Origin: a bacterium
GTDB taxonomy: Bacteria > SZUA-182 > DTGQ01 > JAFGSM01
Direction of reading: 5' to 3'
NCBI GenBank assembly: GCA_049472355.1
Contig: JBLIRP010000023.1
Span: 1 to 44,286 of the forward strand
DNA length: 44,286 nt
The notes beneath the pieces are model-generated. The model searched no databases and was not told where the DNA came from. It was given only the letters and a program-made list of their open reading frames with translations. Every line of letters starts with the position of its first letter. The stretch's first letter is position 1. This document shows, piece after piece, positions 8,684 to 17,695 of this stretch. Position numbers and translations under genes: made by a program.

Positions 8684-8717
8684 CCGGGCCCGGTTTGAAA
8701 AGAGGGGGCATACCCGC

Positions 8718-8828
8718 AGAATATCAACTTCCCCGGTAGACATAAGTAGACATAAATAGAGATACCTGCGCACATCGCGGGCCTCACACGAAGAGCGGGG
8801 AGAATTTCAATTTCCCCGGTTGACATAA
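8718..8828 (+). repeat. 28-bp direct repeat pair upstream of the cyclase gene
   Basis: AGAATATCAACTTCCCCGGTAGACATAA (8718-8745) and AGAATTTCAATTTCCCCGGTTGACATAA (8801-8828); the second contains TTGACA. Confidence 0.7.
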
Positions 8829-8994
8829 CCAAAGATACGGGGTATATATAGCAATAGAAGAATGTCCATTTCTTTTCCTGCATCCTTGTTTTCCCGTGTC
8901 TATCGTACTCGGATCTTACTAGTTAATTTTTCATTATCTATTTCAACCTTTCATATCAGCTAAGACGGTCGGTTTAGTTGTCTGATGACTCCCT

Positions 8995-10929
8995 ATGAAG
9001 TGGATGACTAAACAAACGCGAACCCTGTGCGTCGCATTCCTTGTGATAAGTGTCTCCGTATGCCTGTGTATTATCCTGCTGCGGAATGGAGGGTATATGG
9101 AAGTGCTGGAGCTTGCGGCATACGACCGGTATGTGTGCCTTAATACCCGGGGAAATGCCCTTGATCCCCGTATCGTCCTTATCACCATTTCCGAGGAAGA
9201 CATCCAGGGTATGAAGAAATGGCCGCTCACGGATTCCCTGCTTGCACAGGCGGTAAATCTGCTGATGTCTTACAAGCCCAGGGTGATCGGAGTGGACATC
9301 TATAGGGACATCCCCGTTCCGCCGGGCAGGGAAGCCCTTTCCGAGGTGCTTCATGATTCTTCTGACATCGTGACCGTCATGAAGATCGGGGACGCCGGAT
9401 CTGCCGGTGTCGGACGCCCCTATGTGCTCGAAGATAATGATCGGACGGGATTCAACGACATCCTGGTGGATTCCGATGGTATTGTGCGCCGCGGTCTCCT
9501 CTTTCTTGACGACGGGGAGGTCGTGTATCCCTCCTTCTCCCTGCTCCTTGCCATGCTCTATCTCGACGATGCAGGCATTGTGCCGCAACCCGACCAGAAT
9601 GACCCGGAGCATATGAGGCTCGGAAGGACCACCATGGTTCCCTTTGAGGCAGACGACGGGGGATATGCGGGTGCGGATGCGCGCGGGTATCAATTCCTGC
9701 TCGACTTTCGGGGTGCCAAGGCTCCATTCAGGAGCCTTTCATTGACAGAATTGCTTTCGGGCCGGATAGAGGAAGATACAATAGAGGATACGATTGTGCT
9801 TATCGGCTCCACTGCGGAGAGCCTCTGTGACTTCTTTCATACCCCAATAAAAACAGGATCGGACCGGAGGATGTCCGGGGTCGAGCTCCACGCGCATATA
9901 ACCGGTCAATTACTCCGTGGCGCTGTCGAGGGCAAGGGGCCGATGAAATCGCCGGATGAGGGAGTTGAATGGGCCTGGATTTTCTTGTGGGGGATCATGG
10001 GCGGGTTGATCGCCCTGTGGAGGCTTCCCTTGATACGTTTTTCCATCACAGTTATTTCAGGGCTCCTTGTCCTGGTGGTGTGTACCTTTTTCATATTTGC
10101 CCGCGGATGGTGGGTGCCTGTGGTTCCTCCTGCGCTCTCCTGGTTTATTGCCGCGGCGCTGGTGACCGCCTTCCTGTCTTACCGGGAAAAGGCGGAAAAG
10201 AACGCCCTGATGCAGCTCTTTTCAAGGCATGTATCCGACGGGGTCGCCCGGACATTGTGGGAGCAGAGGGACCAGTTCATGGACGGACGGAGACCTCGTT
10301 CCCAAAGGCTCATAGCCACGGTGTTATTTGCCGACCTGAGGGGTTTTACCACGATATCGGAAAGGCTCGATCCGGAGGGGTTGGTGGCATGGCTGAATGA
10401 ATACGCGGAGGCCATGGCTCATGTGATCATCGAACATGGAGGGGTGATCAACAAGTATTTGGGGGATGGGATCATGGCGGTTTTCGGGGTGCCCGTTCCC
10501 CGGTCATGCGAGGCGGAAGTACGCCGAGATGCGATCCATGCCCTTGATTGCGCGGTGGCCATGTCACGCTCCATGCAGATGATCAATGCGCAGTGGGATA
10601 ACAGAGGCCTGCCGACCACCTGCATGCGCATAGGGATTTATACGGGCCCGCTGGTTGCGGGGTGTATCGGGGGCACAAAACGAATGGAATATACGGTCAT
10701 CGGGGATACCGTCAACATTGCCTCCAGGCTGGAAGGTTTCCGCAGCGGAGAAGAAGCACACTTCATTAGAAAGGATGGCTGCCGGATATTTATCGGTGAC
10801 CCGCCTTTATCCCTGGTGAGCGACATCTACGAGACGGAGATGGTAGCTACGGCATTATTGAAGGGCAAGGGTGAACAGATAACCGTGTACAGCGTAAAGG
10901 GGCACAGGGAAGGTCGCCACGAAGCATGA
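8995..10929 (+). CDS. CHASE2-domain class III adenylate cyclase
   Basis: N-terminal TM; CHASE2 motifs (DPRIVLITISEEDI, PRVIGVDIYRD, DSDGIVRR, IVLIG, MSGVELHA); 3 TM; cyclase motifs FADLRGFT, NKYLGDG, YTVIGDTVNIASRLE, LKGK. The Lys/Thr pair points to ATP specificity. Confidence 0.93.
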   Translation: MKWMTKQTRTLCVAFLVISVSVCLCIILLRNGGYMEVLELAAYDRYVCLNTRGNALDPRIVLITISEEDIQGMKKWPLTDSLLAQAVNLLMSYKPRVIGVDIYRDIPVPPGREALSEVLHDSSDIVTVMKIGDAGSAGVGRPYVLEDNDRTGFNDILVDSDGIVRRGLLFLDDGEVVYPSFSLLLAMLYLDDAGIVPQPDQNDPEHMRLGRTTMVPFEADDGGYAGADARGYQFLLDFRGAKAPFRSLSLTELLSGRIEEDTIEDTIVLIGSTAESLCDFFHTPIKTGSDRRMSGVELHAHITGQLLRGAVEGKGPMKSPDEGVEWAWIFLWGIMGGLIALWRLPLIRFSITVISGLLVLVVCTFFIFARGWWVPVVPPALSWFIAAALVTAFLSYREKAEKNALMQLFSRHVSDGVARTLWEQRDQFMDGRRPRSQRLIATVLFADLRGFTTISERLDPEGLVAWLNEYAEAMAHVIIEHGGVINKYLGDGIMAVFGVPVPRSCEAEVRRDAIHALDCAVAMSRSMQMINAQWDNRGLPTTCMRIGIYTGPLVAGCIGGTKRMEYTVIGDTVNIASRLEGFRSGEEAHFIRKDGCRIFIGDPPLSLVSDIYETEMVATALLKGKGEQITVYSVKGHREGRHEA

Positions 10930-10993
10930 AAATGTACTTGCATTTTCGGAACAAACGCCCATGCCGCTTTGTGGAGCAATGAAGCATGAAAAT
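10918..10993 (-). repeat. Two inverted copies of the TTTCATGCTTCRT element at a 60-bp period
   Basis: GAAGCATGAAAAT at 10921 and 10981; reverse complement of 10953-10993 is ATTTTCATGCTTCATTG...CATGGGCGTTT. Confidence 0.65.
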
Positions 10994-11780
10994 CCATTTT
11001 TGTGACAAAATACCTTGCACCCTGTTGACGTGCCTTTTCTTGATTGCCTTTATTTCCCCGCTTGCATTGGGAACAAATGCTGATGGGAGAAATGAAAATT
11101 CACATCCCGGTGATCCGGAACAGACGGATGGACATGAGAAACAGGGAAAATCCTCACCCATCATGCTCAATTACCGGCCTCCCTTTCGCGGGAGACCGGG
11201 AAACCGGGTTGGAGGCGGGACCAGGGGACCCGATAACGGGGTCCCTTTCCTTGCATCACTGGCGCCCGACCATACGGGCCTCACCATGCATCCACAACCG
11301 GCGCTCTACTGGTACATTTCGCAGCCATCGGCACACAGGATCGAATTCACGTTGATCAACGAGCAGTGCATAGAGCCCGTTTTGGAGGTCGGCGTAAAAA
11401 AGACCTTACAGCGAGGCATCCAGGGTCTCCGGCTTTCGGATCACCATGTGGAACTTTCCCCAGGGATCGAATACCAATGGTTTGTGGCCATGGTATCGGA
11501 CCCGGATCACCGATCCAAGGACATTGTTGCAGGCGGGGCAATCGAATATATCGAACCCTCGCAGGGGCTCATCAATGATCTCGAAGGGGCGCAGGGCATG
11601 GAGGTCCCTGCAATCCTTGCCCGGGAAGGATTGTGGTACGACGCCTTGGACAGCATCACCGGATTGATCATCGCTCATCCGGACAACGAGGAATTACAAA
11701 GACAGCGGGGGCTTCTCCTCGAACAGGTCGGTTTATCAATGGATCTGGAGAATGAGAATACAAAAAACGGGCGTAAATAA
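10986..11780 (+). CDS. DUF928 domain protein with signal peptide
   Basis: Signal-like N-terminus; YRPP..G.PG.RVGGGTRG, GLT...P.LYWY, L.PG.EYQW, A.EGLWYDAL, LLEQVGL motifs. Confidence 0.85.
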   Translation: MKIHFCDKIPCTLLTCLFLIAFISPLALGTNADGRNENSHPGDPEQTDGHEKQGKSSPIMLNYRPPFRGRPGNRVGGGTRGPDNGVPFLASLAPDHTGLTMHPQPALYWYISQPSAHRIEFTLINEQCIEPVLEVGVKKTLQRGIQGLRLSDHHVELSPGIEYQWFVAMVSDPDHRSKDIVAGGAIEYIEPSQGLINDLEGAQGMEVPAILAREGLWYDALDSITGLIIAHPDNEELQRQRGLLLEQVGLSMDLENENTKNGRK

Positions 11781-11900
11781 GGGCAGGGAAATGGGGATTC
11801 ATGGTCATATTTCAAAGCGAGAAATAACGCGAGCAACCTTTTGTAAAATAAATTTTAATATGGTTACTCCATATAATTTACTTTAAGATATGCAGGCAAT

Positions 11901-14900
11901 TTAAAGCCCCTGCAGGAAATCCGTCGGAGAAGGGGGCACGCTGCCGGGCCGTATCAGAAAACTGCTCTTCTCCTTCTCATCCCGTCGAATGCACATCCGG
12001 GGAAGGAATGCACCCAAGTCCCGGAAGGAACCGGGAAGCGACACCATATGGATGCCCAGGTCAATACAAGGGGCGTCGATCTCCACCACGCCGTCGATCC
12101 CCAGGCGGGAGGAGGCGCTCACCATGCTTTCGGGGGATGCGATGAACAGGCCGGAGACGATCCGGATATTTCCTCCCCTTCCCCCCTCTGCATTGGCAAT
12201 GATCCTGCCTTTCTCCAGGACGGCGGAGCGCGCCTGCATATCGATGTTCCCCCCGTTTCCCGAGCCCCCGGTGACGGTCGCGGTGATGCCCCCGTGTATG
12301 AGATGGAGAAGCGGATCGCCATCGATCCGGATGTCCCCTCCCTCGGCACGCAATGCCTCGGTGGTCACCAGGCCGTGCTCACAGTACACGATATCCGTCA
12401 CCCGGATGCGAATGGCGCCGGCATCCCCGGTCCCGCCGCTGTCCGCCATGATGTGGGCGCCATTGTAAATATGCAGTCTTCCTGCGTCGAGCAGGATCTC
12501 CCCTCCCCGGCCGCTTCCCACTGTGGATGCCATGATCCATGATCCGTGGCCCTCGAGACGCAGGGAGGGCGTGAAGACCCTTATGCCCCCTGCATCGCCC
12601 TCCGCACCGGCCATGCTGAAGATGCCGGTATGATGACCCGGGTCATCCCCTGCCGAAATAGAAGCGGACCCCGATGCAACGATCCCTATGTCTCCCCCAC
12701 GGCCCACACCCAGGGTGGAGCTGTTGATCATGCCGCCCCCGGTGAGCGACATCTCCCCCACGTTGATCCGTATTTCCCCTGCCTGACCGGCGCCCTCCCC
12801 CGAGGCGAGGGTCTCGATGACCCCTTCGTCCGAAAGGTCAAGGCATGGCGAGACGGTCTCGATTCCCCCTGCATCACCGGCATCACCCGCAATGGCCATG
12901 ACCCTTCCCCCGTCGATGCGGACCGATTCGGTGCTGTTCATGCTGATCATGCCGCCCTGCCCGGCTCCCTCGCTGCTGCTGTTGATCCTGCCGCCATCGG
13001 TGATCTCCAGGGAGCCGGTGCTCAGGCGGATATCCCCCGCCCTTCCGGTGCCGAAGGCGGTGGAGGCACCTATCTCGGCGCCGTTTTCCACCCTCACCGC
13101 GGGCGCTGATACGCTGATCCCCCCTGCATCCCCGTGCCCGCCGGTCATGCTGAATATGCCCGACACGGAATCCCCTGATTCTGCAAGGGATGAGACGAGG
13201 ACATGCTCCGAGGCCCTGATCACGATGTCGCCGCTGTCTCCCGAGGCGCCCTCCAGACAGCTCGAGGTGACATACCCGTCGGTGATGGACACCCGGCCTG
13301 CATCGATCAGCACATCGGCGCCCCTGCCCTCCGCCTGGGTGATCCCGCTCACCTCTCCGCCGTCGGCGATCGTTACGAGCGGTGCTGCAATGGTGATCGA
13401 CCCCGCATCCCCCGGGCCCCAGGTCTCCGCCCCTATTCCGGTGGAAGAGAACTCCCCCGGGTGGGCGATCAAAACGGATTCCTCCGCCTGGATGCGCACC
13501 TCCCCGCCCTTGCCCGGACCATAGGTGGCGACCGAAATTGCACCCCCCTCGGTTATCTTCAACTGTTGCACGGAAACGGCGATATCCGCGCCCCTGCCAT
13601 CCGCGTATTCATCGGTCTCGCCGGTTATGATGCCTTCCCGGCTAATACTAAGCAGCCCGCAGTCGAGGGATATACCCCCGGCATCTCCCTCGTCATAGGC
13701 CTGGGCATATATGCCGCTCCGGTAATCCCCGTAGCCGCTGATGAAGGTATCCCCGGAAGACTGTATATCGATATCTCCCCCCCTTCCCGGTCCGTATGAG
13801 CAGTTCTCGATGGTTCCACCCCCGTCGAGGACCACGGTCTCCGCCTGGACGGCGATGGAGGGGCCTGCACCTTCGCCGTAGGTCACCCCGGATATCACCG
13901 CATTATCCGCTACGGTGACGGAGGGAGATGAGATGGTAAGACAGCCCGCATCCCCCTCCCCTTCCGTCCACGCATAGATCCCGCTTTCCGCATAGTACCC
14001 GCCTGCGACATGCACGGATTCCCCGGCGGTTATGGTGATGTCACCGCCCCTGGCCTGCCCGTCGCAGGCGCTGTTGATGCTTCCGTCATCCTCGATCACC
14101 ACACTTGCGGCATCGATGACGATGGCGCTCCCCCTCCCCTCATCAATGCCGAAGCTGGTGATCTCTCCGGCCTCGGTGATCCGCACCTCGTCCTGCACCC
14201 GGATGTCGATGCACCCCGCTGCATCATCCCCCTCCACCATCGAGGACACCATGGAATCACGCACCACGAACCGCCCCCCCCGTATGAATATCCCTGCCCT
14301 CCCTGAACCGGCAACGGACATGTAGGAATATCCGGAAAGCTCGATGCTCCCCTGGCTGGAGCACTCAAGGCGGATGCCGTGCCCATCGAGGAGGGCCTCA
14401 CCCCCTGATGCAATACTGGCGATCCCTATGTCCCCCTCCTCCGTGTAAAGGGTCCCTTCCTCTATGCGGATATCCCCTCCCACCAGGGAAAGGATCTCCC
14501 CTTCGGGAACGTGCAGAAAGCTCCCCTCAACGGCAATCCCTTCCGGCCTGCCGTCGGGGAAGCCGAAGGCACTCGGCGCGGCAATGCTGAGCAGGCTTGT
14601 TGCCGGGTGTACCGCGTCGAACCGGCCCGATTCCCCCAGGCGCAGGTAACCGGCGGTGCTCGCATAAAAGGAGCCGCTGATGTCCAGGAAGGCATCCGGT
14701 CCGAACAGCACGCCGCTCGGATTGATGAGGAAGAGGTCCGCACCGGGAATGGCGGAGCTGACCAGGCCGTTGATCAGGGATGCGCTCCCCCCGGTGACCC
14801 TGCCGATGATGTTTTCCACTGTGCCGGGCCCGTCGAAGGTGGCGCTCTCGCCGGTGTGCACGTTGAACTCACCGAAGCTGTGGAAAAGGTTTCCGCCCAC

Positions 14901-15107
14901 CTGCTCCCCCATGGCATCGCTGATGAGATAATCGGGTCCTTCAAGGGGGCCATGCGGGCCCAGGGTCCCGTCGAGGGTGATCTGGGCCGGGGCCTCCGGT
15001 ACCGCCAAGAAAAAAATCAGGAACAATGTACCTATACCTATTGAATATATTGCTTTTTTATCTGACAACGTTATATATTGTCTTAGTCCATTCATTATAA
15101 TCTCCAT
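11901..15107 (-). CDS. Filamentous haemagglutinin-like TpsA exoprotein (two-partner secretion)
   Basis: Signal peptide ending APA|Q; TPS domain (NLFHSFGEFNV, NIIGRVTGG, LFLINPSG); Gly-rich beta-helix repeats (G.AG.I.I / G.GG.I.I); C-terminal Cys..SSF..PPSP tail. Confidence 0.92.
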   Translation of the reverse strand: MEIIMNGLRQYITLSDKKAIYSIGIGTLFLIFFLAVPEAPAQITLDGTLGPHGPLEGPDYLISDAMGEQVGGNLFHSFGEFNVHTGESATFDGPGTVENIIGRVTGGSASLINGLVSSAIPGADLFLINPSGVLFGPDAFLDISGSFYASTAGYLRLGESGRFDAVHPATSLLSIAAPSAFGFPDGRPEGIAVEGSFLHVPEGEILSLVGGDIRIEEGTLYTEEGDIGIASIASGGEALLDGHGIRLECSSQGSIELSGYSYMSVAGSGRAGIFIRGGRFVVRDSMVSSMVEGDDAAGCIDIRVQDEVRITEAGEITSFGIDEGRGSAIVIDAASVVIEDDGSINSACDGQARGGDITITAGESVHVAGGYYAESGIYAWTEGEGDAGCLTISSPSVTVADNAVISGVTYGEGAGPSIAVQAETVVLDGGGTIENCSYGPGRGGDIDIQSSGDTFISGYGDYRSGIYAQAYDEGDAGGISLDCGLLSISREGIITGETDEYADGRGADIAVSVQQLKITEGGAISVATYGPGKGGEVRIQAEESVLIAHPGEFSSTGIGAETWGPGDAGSITIAAPLVTIADGGEVSGITQAEGRGADVLIDAGRVSITDGYVTSSCLEGASGDSGDIVIRASEHVLVSSLAESGDSVSGIFSMTGGHGDAGGISVSAPAVRVENGAEIGASTAFGTGRAGDIRLSTGSLEITDGGRINSSSEGAGQGGMISMNSTESVRIDGGRVMAIAGDAGDAGGIETVSPCLDLSDEGVIETLASGEGAGQAGEIRINVGEMSLTGGGMINSSTLGVGRGGDIGIVASGSASISAGDDPGHHTGIFSMAGAEGDAGGIRVFTPSLRLEGHGSWIMASTVGSGRGGEILLDAGRLHIYNGAHIMADSGGTGDAGAIRIRVTDIVYCEHGLVTTEALRAEGGDIRIDGDPLLHLIHGGITATVTGGSGNGGNIDMQARSAVLEKGRIIANAEGGRGGNIRIVSGLFIASPESMVSASSRLGIDGVVEIDAPCIDLGIHMVSLPGSFRDLGAFLPRMCIRRDEKEKSSFLIRPGSVPPSPTDFLQGL

Positions 15108-15134
15108 TGAAACAAATAGATTAATCTAAATCTT

Positions 15135-15267
15135 GATAGCCTTGTAAAAAGTCGTCAAACCTGTCACTCCGGCGAAGGCCGGAGTCCAGAAATACTTAAA
15201 AACACTGGATTCCGTGTCAAGCACGGAATGACAGAATAGGGTAAAATCGGCTTTTTATGATTCCATC
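15135..15267. mobile_element. MITE-like element with imperfect terminal inverted repeats, internal REP-like double hairpin and 6-bp flanking direct repeat
   Basis: GATAGCCTTGTAAAAAG...CTTTTTATGATTCCATC flanked by AATCTT (15129-34, 15268-73); internal GTCACTCCGGCGAAGGCCGGAGTCCAG and CTGGATTCCGTGTCAAGCACGGAATGAC. Confidence 0.75.
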
Positions 15268-15312
15268 AATCTTGATCTGTGTATTGGTGCCGTTATGCTC
15301 GCGATATAAATC

Positions 15313-15348
15313 GTAAAATCGACTTTTTAAGAGTCCATCAATCTTGAT
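15313..15348. repeat. Second copy of the MITE right end plus AATCTTGAT
   Basis: GTAAAATCGACTTTTTAAGAGTCCATCAATCTTGAT matches 15241-15276. Confidence 0.7.
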
Positions 15349-15452
15349 CCTGTATGATCGACCCACGCGTAAAGGCCGAATGAATCGAAGCTGCTTGGCA
15401 ACCTACGGGATGGGCGGTGCGCCCGTGTGCCTGCGGACGAGCACTACAGCGC

Positions 15453-17213
15453 TCACAGCACACGCCCCTCGATCCGAACGTGTATCCCATTATCCTGAAT
15501 GTCCCGCTCCGTGACCGGGAGGTCCCTCAGGGGGACGCCCCAGTACACGGTAAGGGATATGCGCCCGGCGATCATCCCCCTGATGCCGAGACCGAGGCTT
15601 GAGAGGGATGCAGGCTCGGGGGTGGGGGCATTGGAGTTCCATGACCGTCCGTAATCGACAAACGCAGCCGCCTGCAGCGGCGCCTCGCCCCGGTCACCTC
15701 TGATAATCGGTACGCGAACCTCCACCGATGAGACAAGGCCGTTATCCCGCACCAGCCGGTTTTCCCGGTAGCCCCTGACGCTGTTCATGCCGCCGACGGC
15801 AAATCTTTCGAAGGGCAGAAGGGGATCGTTCGCAAGCTGCACATCCCCCCTGACCAGCACCTCGATCCCCCGGCGACCCAGCCTCCGCACCCATTGTATC
15901 TGGCCAAGCCAGGCAAAAAATGCGCCGTCCTCCCTGCCGCTTTCCCATGTACCTGCGAGTGTATCCTCCCCCAGGCTGAAACAGGATCGTACGGCAAACG
16001 CCGTGGTGTGGCTGCGGTCGGTCCATTGCTGGGCGAAGCGCACCACCTTCAGCCTGGTTCTTCCCTCCTCGGCGCCGTCGGTGAAGGAAAAGGGCCTCCC
16101 CAGAAGAAAGGTCCTGCTGCGGCGTATCTCGGCGGCGAGGGAAAGGGAGAACTCCCTGCCGGAGCACCGGTATACGGGGTGGGTCACCGTGCATCCCCAG
16201 GTGGTGTCCTCGCCCCGTATGTCCAGCTCGTGAAAGGGCTCCTCGATGACCAGGGTGTCGCTTTCCCGGAAGGAAAGCGTGAGGGTGGTATCCCGGGCGG
16301 TGAGGGGGATGGTGTACGAGAGATCCGCATCGCTGGCCCCCTCTGTTTTACCCAGGGTCCCCTCGATCACGTCCCCGTTTCCGGTGAGATTGCGGTGGGC
16401 GGCATGAATCCATGCACGTTCGGGTCCGACGCCGGGCGGGCGGCAGTTGCAGGCACCGAAATCGAGGGCATAGGGGGACTCCTCCTCGATGTGCGCGGTG
16501 AGGATGCCCTCACCCGCCCGTAGCCCCGGACCGAGCAGGGCGTTGATGCGCCGAATGCGTGGATCATTGTCCAGACGTGCCAGTGCGCCCTGAAAATCGG
16601 CGGCATTGAAGGGGGGCCCGGAGGAACGGCGAAGCCGCCCGGAAATATACCCCGTTCGAAAACGTGTATTTCCCTCCACCACGATCCCGGCGACCCTTCC
16701 CTCCACCGCCTGCAGGCGTATGACCCCGTCGCGCACCTCCTGATCCGGGATGACCACCCAGGAGGTGACATACCCCCTCTGCCGGTAGAAACGGGTGAAC
16801 GCCTCCCGCAGGTCCTGGAGCTCCTCCGCGGTTATATCCCTGTTTTCATAACACGCGGTGAGGGCCGCGCATTCCTCTGCCGAAAATACGGTGTTTCCGA
16901 GAAGGTCGATCCTTTTCACATACACCCGCGGAAGGTGTGAAAGCACACCCGTGCCCCCTGTACCGGAGTCTGGGTTTGGGGTCAGGTCTTGAATTGACAG
17001 TTTTTGTTCCGAGACCGGATCCCCGGCGAGCGACATCCCCGTTGCCGCATCCGGTTCAGGGCGGGAGTATCCCCAGGATGCCGATGCTACACCAGGGAAT
17101 GCAATGAGATGCGGGATGAACATAAGGGAGACCAGGCAGAAAAGGACTGCTTCCCCTGTGCCGGCAGATCGCCATGTAAGCCGATTTCCCCTCTGCATGA
17201 AAAGTCGCCGCAC
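15453..17213 (-). CDS. ShlB/FhaC/HecB family TpsB outer-membrane transporter
   Basis: POTRA motifs (GNTVFS, Y...GYVTS....Q....G...L..VEG), ERFAVGGMNSVRGYREN (VRGY motif), beta-barrel C-terminus. The start codon is uncertain. Confidence 0.92.
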   Translation of the reverse strand: MRRLFMQRGNRLTWRSAGTGEAVLFCLVSLMFIPHLIAFPGVASASWGYSRPEPDAATGMSLAGDPVSEQKLSIQDLTPNPDSGTGGTGVLSHLPRVYVKRIDLLGNTVFSAEECAALTACYENRDITAEELQDLREAFTRFYRQRGYVTSWVVIPDQEVRDGVIRLQAVEGRVAGIVVEGNTRFRTGYISGRLRRSSGPPFNAADFQGALARLDNDPRIRRINALLGPGLRAGEGILTAHIEEESPYALDFGACNCRPPGVGPERAWIHAAHRNLTGNGDVIEGTLGKTEGASDADLSYTIPLTARDTTLTLSFRESDTLVIEEPFHELDIRGEDTTWGCTVTHPVYRCSGREFSLSLAAEIRRSRTFLLGRPFSFTDGAEEGRTRLKVVRFAQQWTDRSHTTAFAVRSCFSLGEDTLAGTWESGREDGAFFAWLGQIQWVRRLGRRGIEVLVRGDVQLANDPLLPFERFAVGGMNSVRGYRENRLVRDNGLVSSVEVRVPIIRGDRGEAPLQAAAFVDYGRSWNSNAPTPEPASLSSLGLGIRGMIAGRISLTVYWGVPLRDLPVTERDIQDNGIHVRIEGRVL

Positions 17214-17322
17214 GTGATCGAGTTAACAGCACGACCTTGGAAGGAAAAGCGGTGATGTGGTGAACGATGAATACGCTGGTTATTACAGGAAGGCAAAAAC
17301 CCGGACGAATTGTGTATAGATA

Positions 17323-17351
17323 AGAATATTCATACCAGGTGAGAATGTCAA
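17323..17351 (-). promoter_or_regulatory. Putative sigma70 promoter for tpsB(A)
   Basis: Minus strand TTGACA-N17-TATTCT. Confidence 0.6.
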
Positions 17352-17383
17352 CCCCTCTTTTACTTCACCGGCAATGCTCATTG

Positions 17384-17642
17384 TACGAGGCTGTCCGAAA
17401 ACTCTTTTTTGACGGCCTCGGACGGCATCGCAAAAAATAATGAAACACGCATGAGTCAGGGACTATTTCCTGAGTGAATTCCCGAACTTATCCTTAATGT
17501 TATGGAATCCCTCAATGGGGGATTTTTTCGGGCTCATCATTTTGTGCCCAAAGAAATGATTGCATATTGGAAATTTTAATCTCAAAATCACAGTATAATT
17601 TATGATTTTTTGTAAAATTTTTGGTTACCGGACAGACTCGTA
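17384..17642. mobile_element. Non-autonomous IS remnant / MITE with 14-bp terminal inverted repeats
   Basis: TACGAGGCTGTCCG (17384-97) versus the reverse complement of CGGACAGACTCGTA (17629-42), 13/14 match; AT-rich interior without an ORF. Confidence 0.55.
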
Positions 17643-17695
17643 ACATCGTTGTGGGAAGGCATGCCCGCCCCCGGGCTGAAGGTTCATAATTATTA

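Noticed and set aside
8718..8828. Possible mini-CRISPR (28-bp repeats)
   Set aside because: Only two imperfect copies, a 55-nt spacer that is itself repetitive, and no cas genes.
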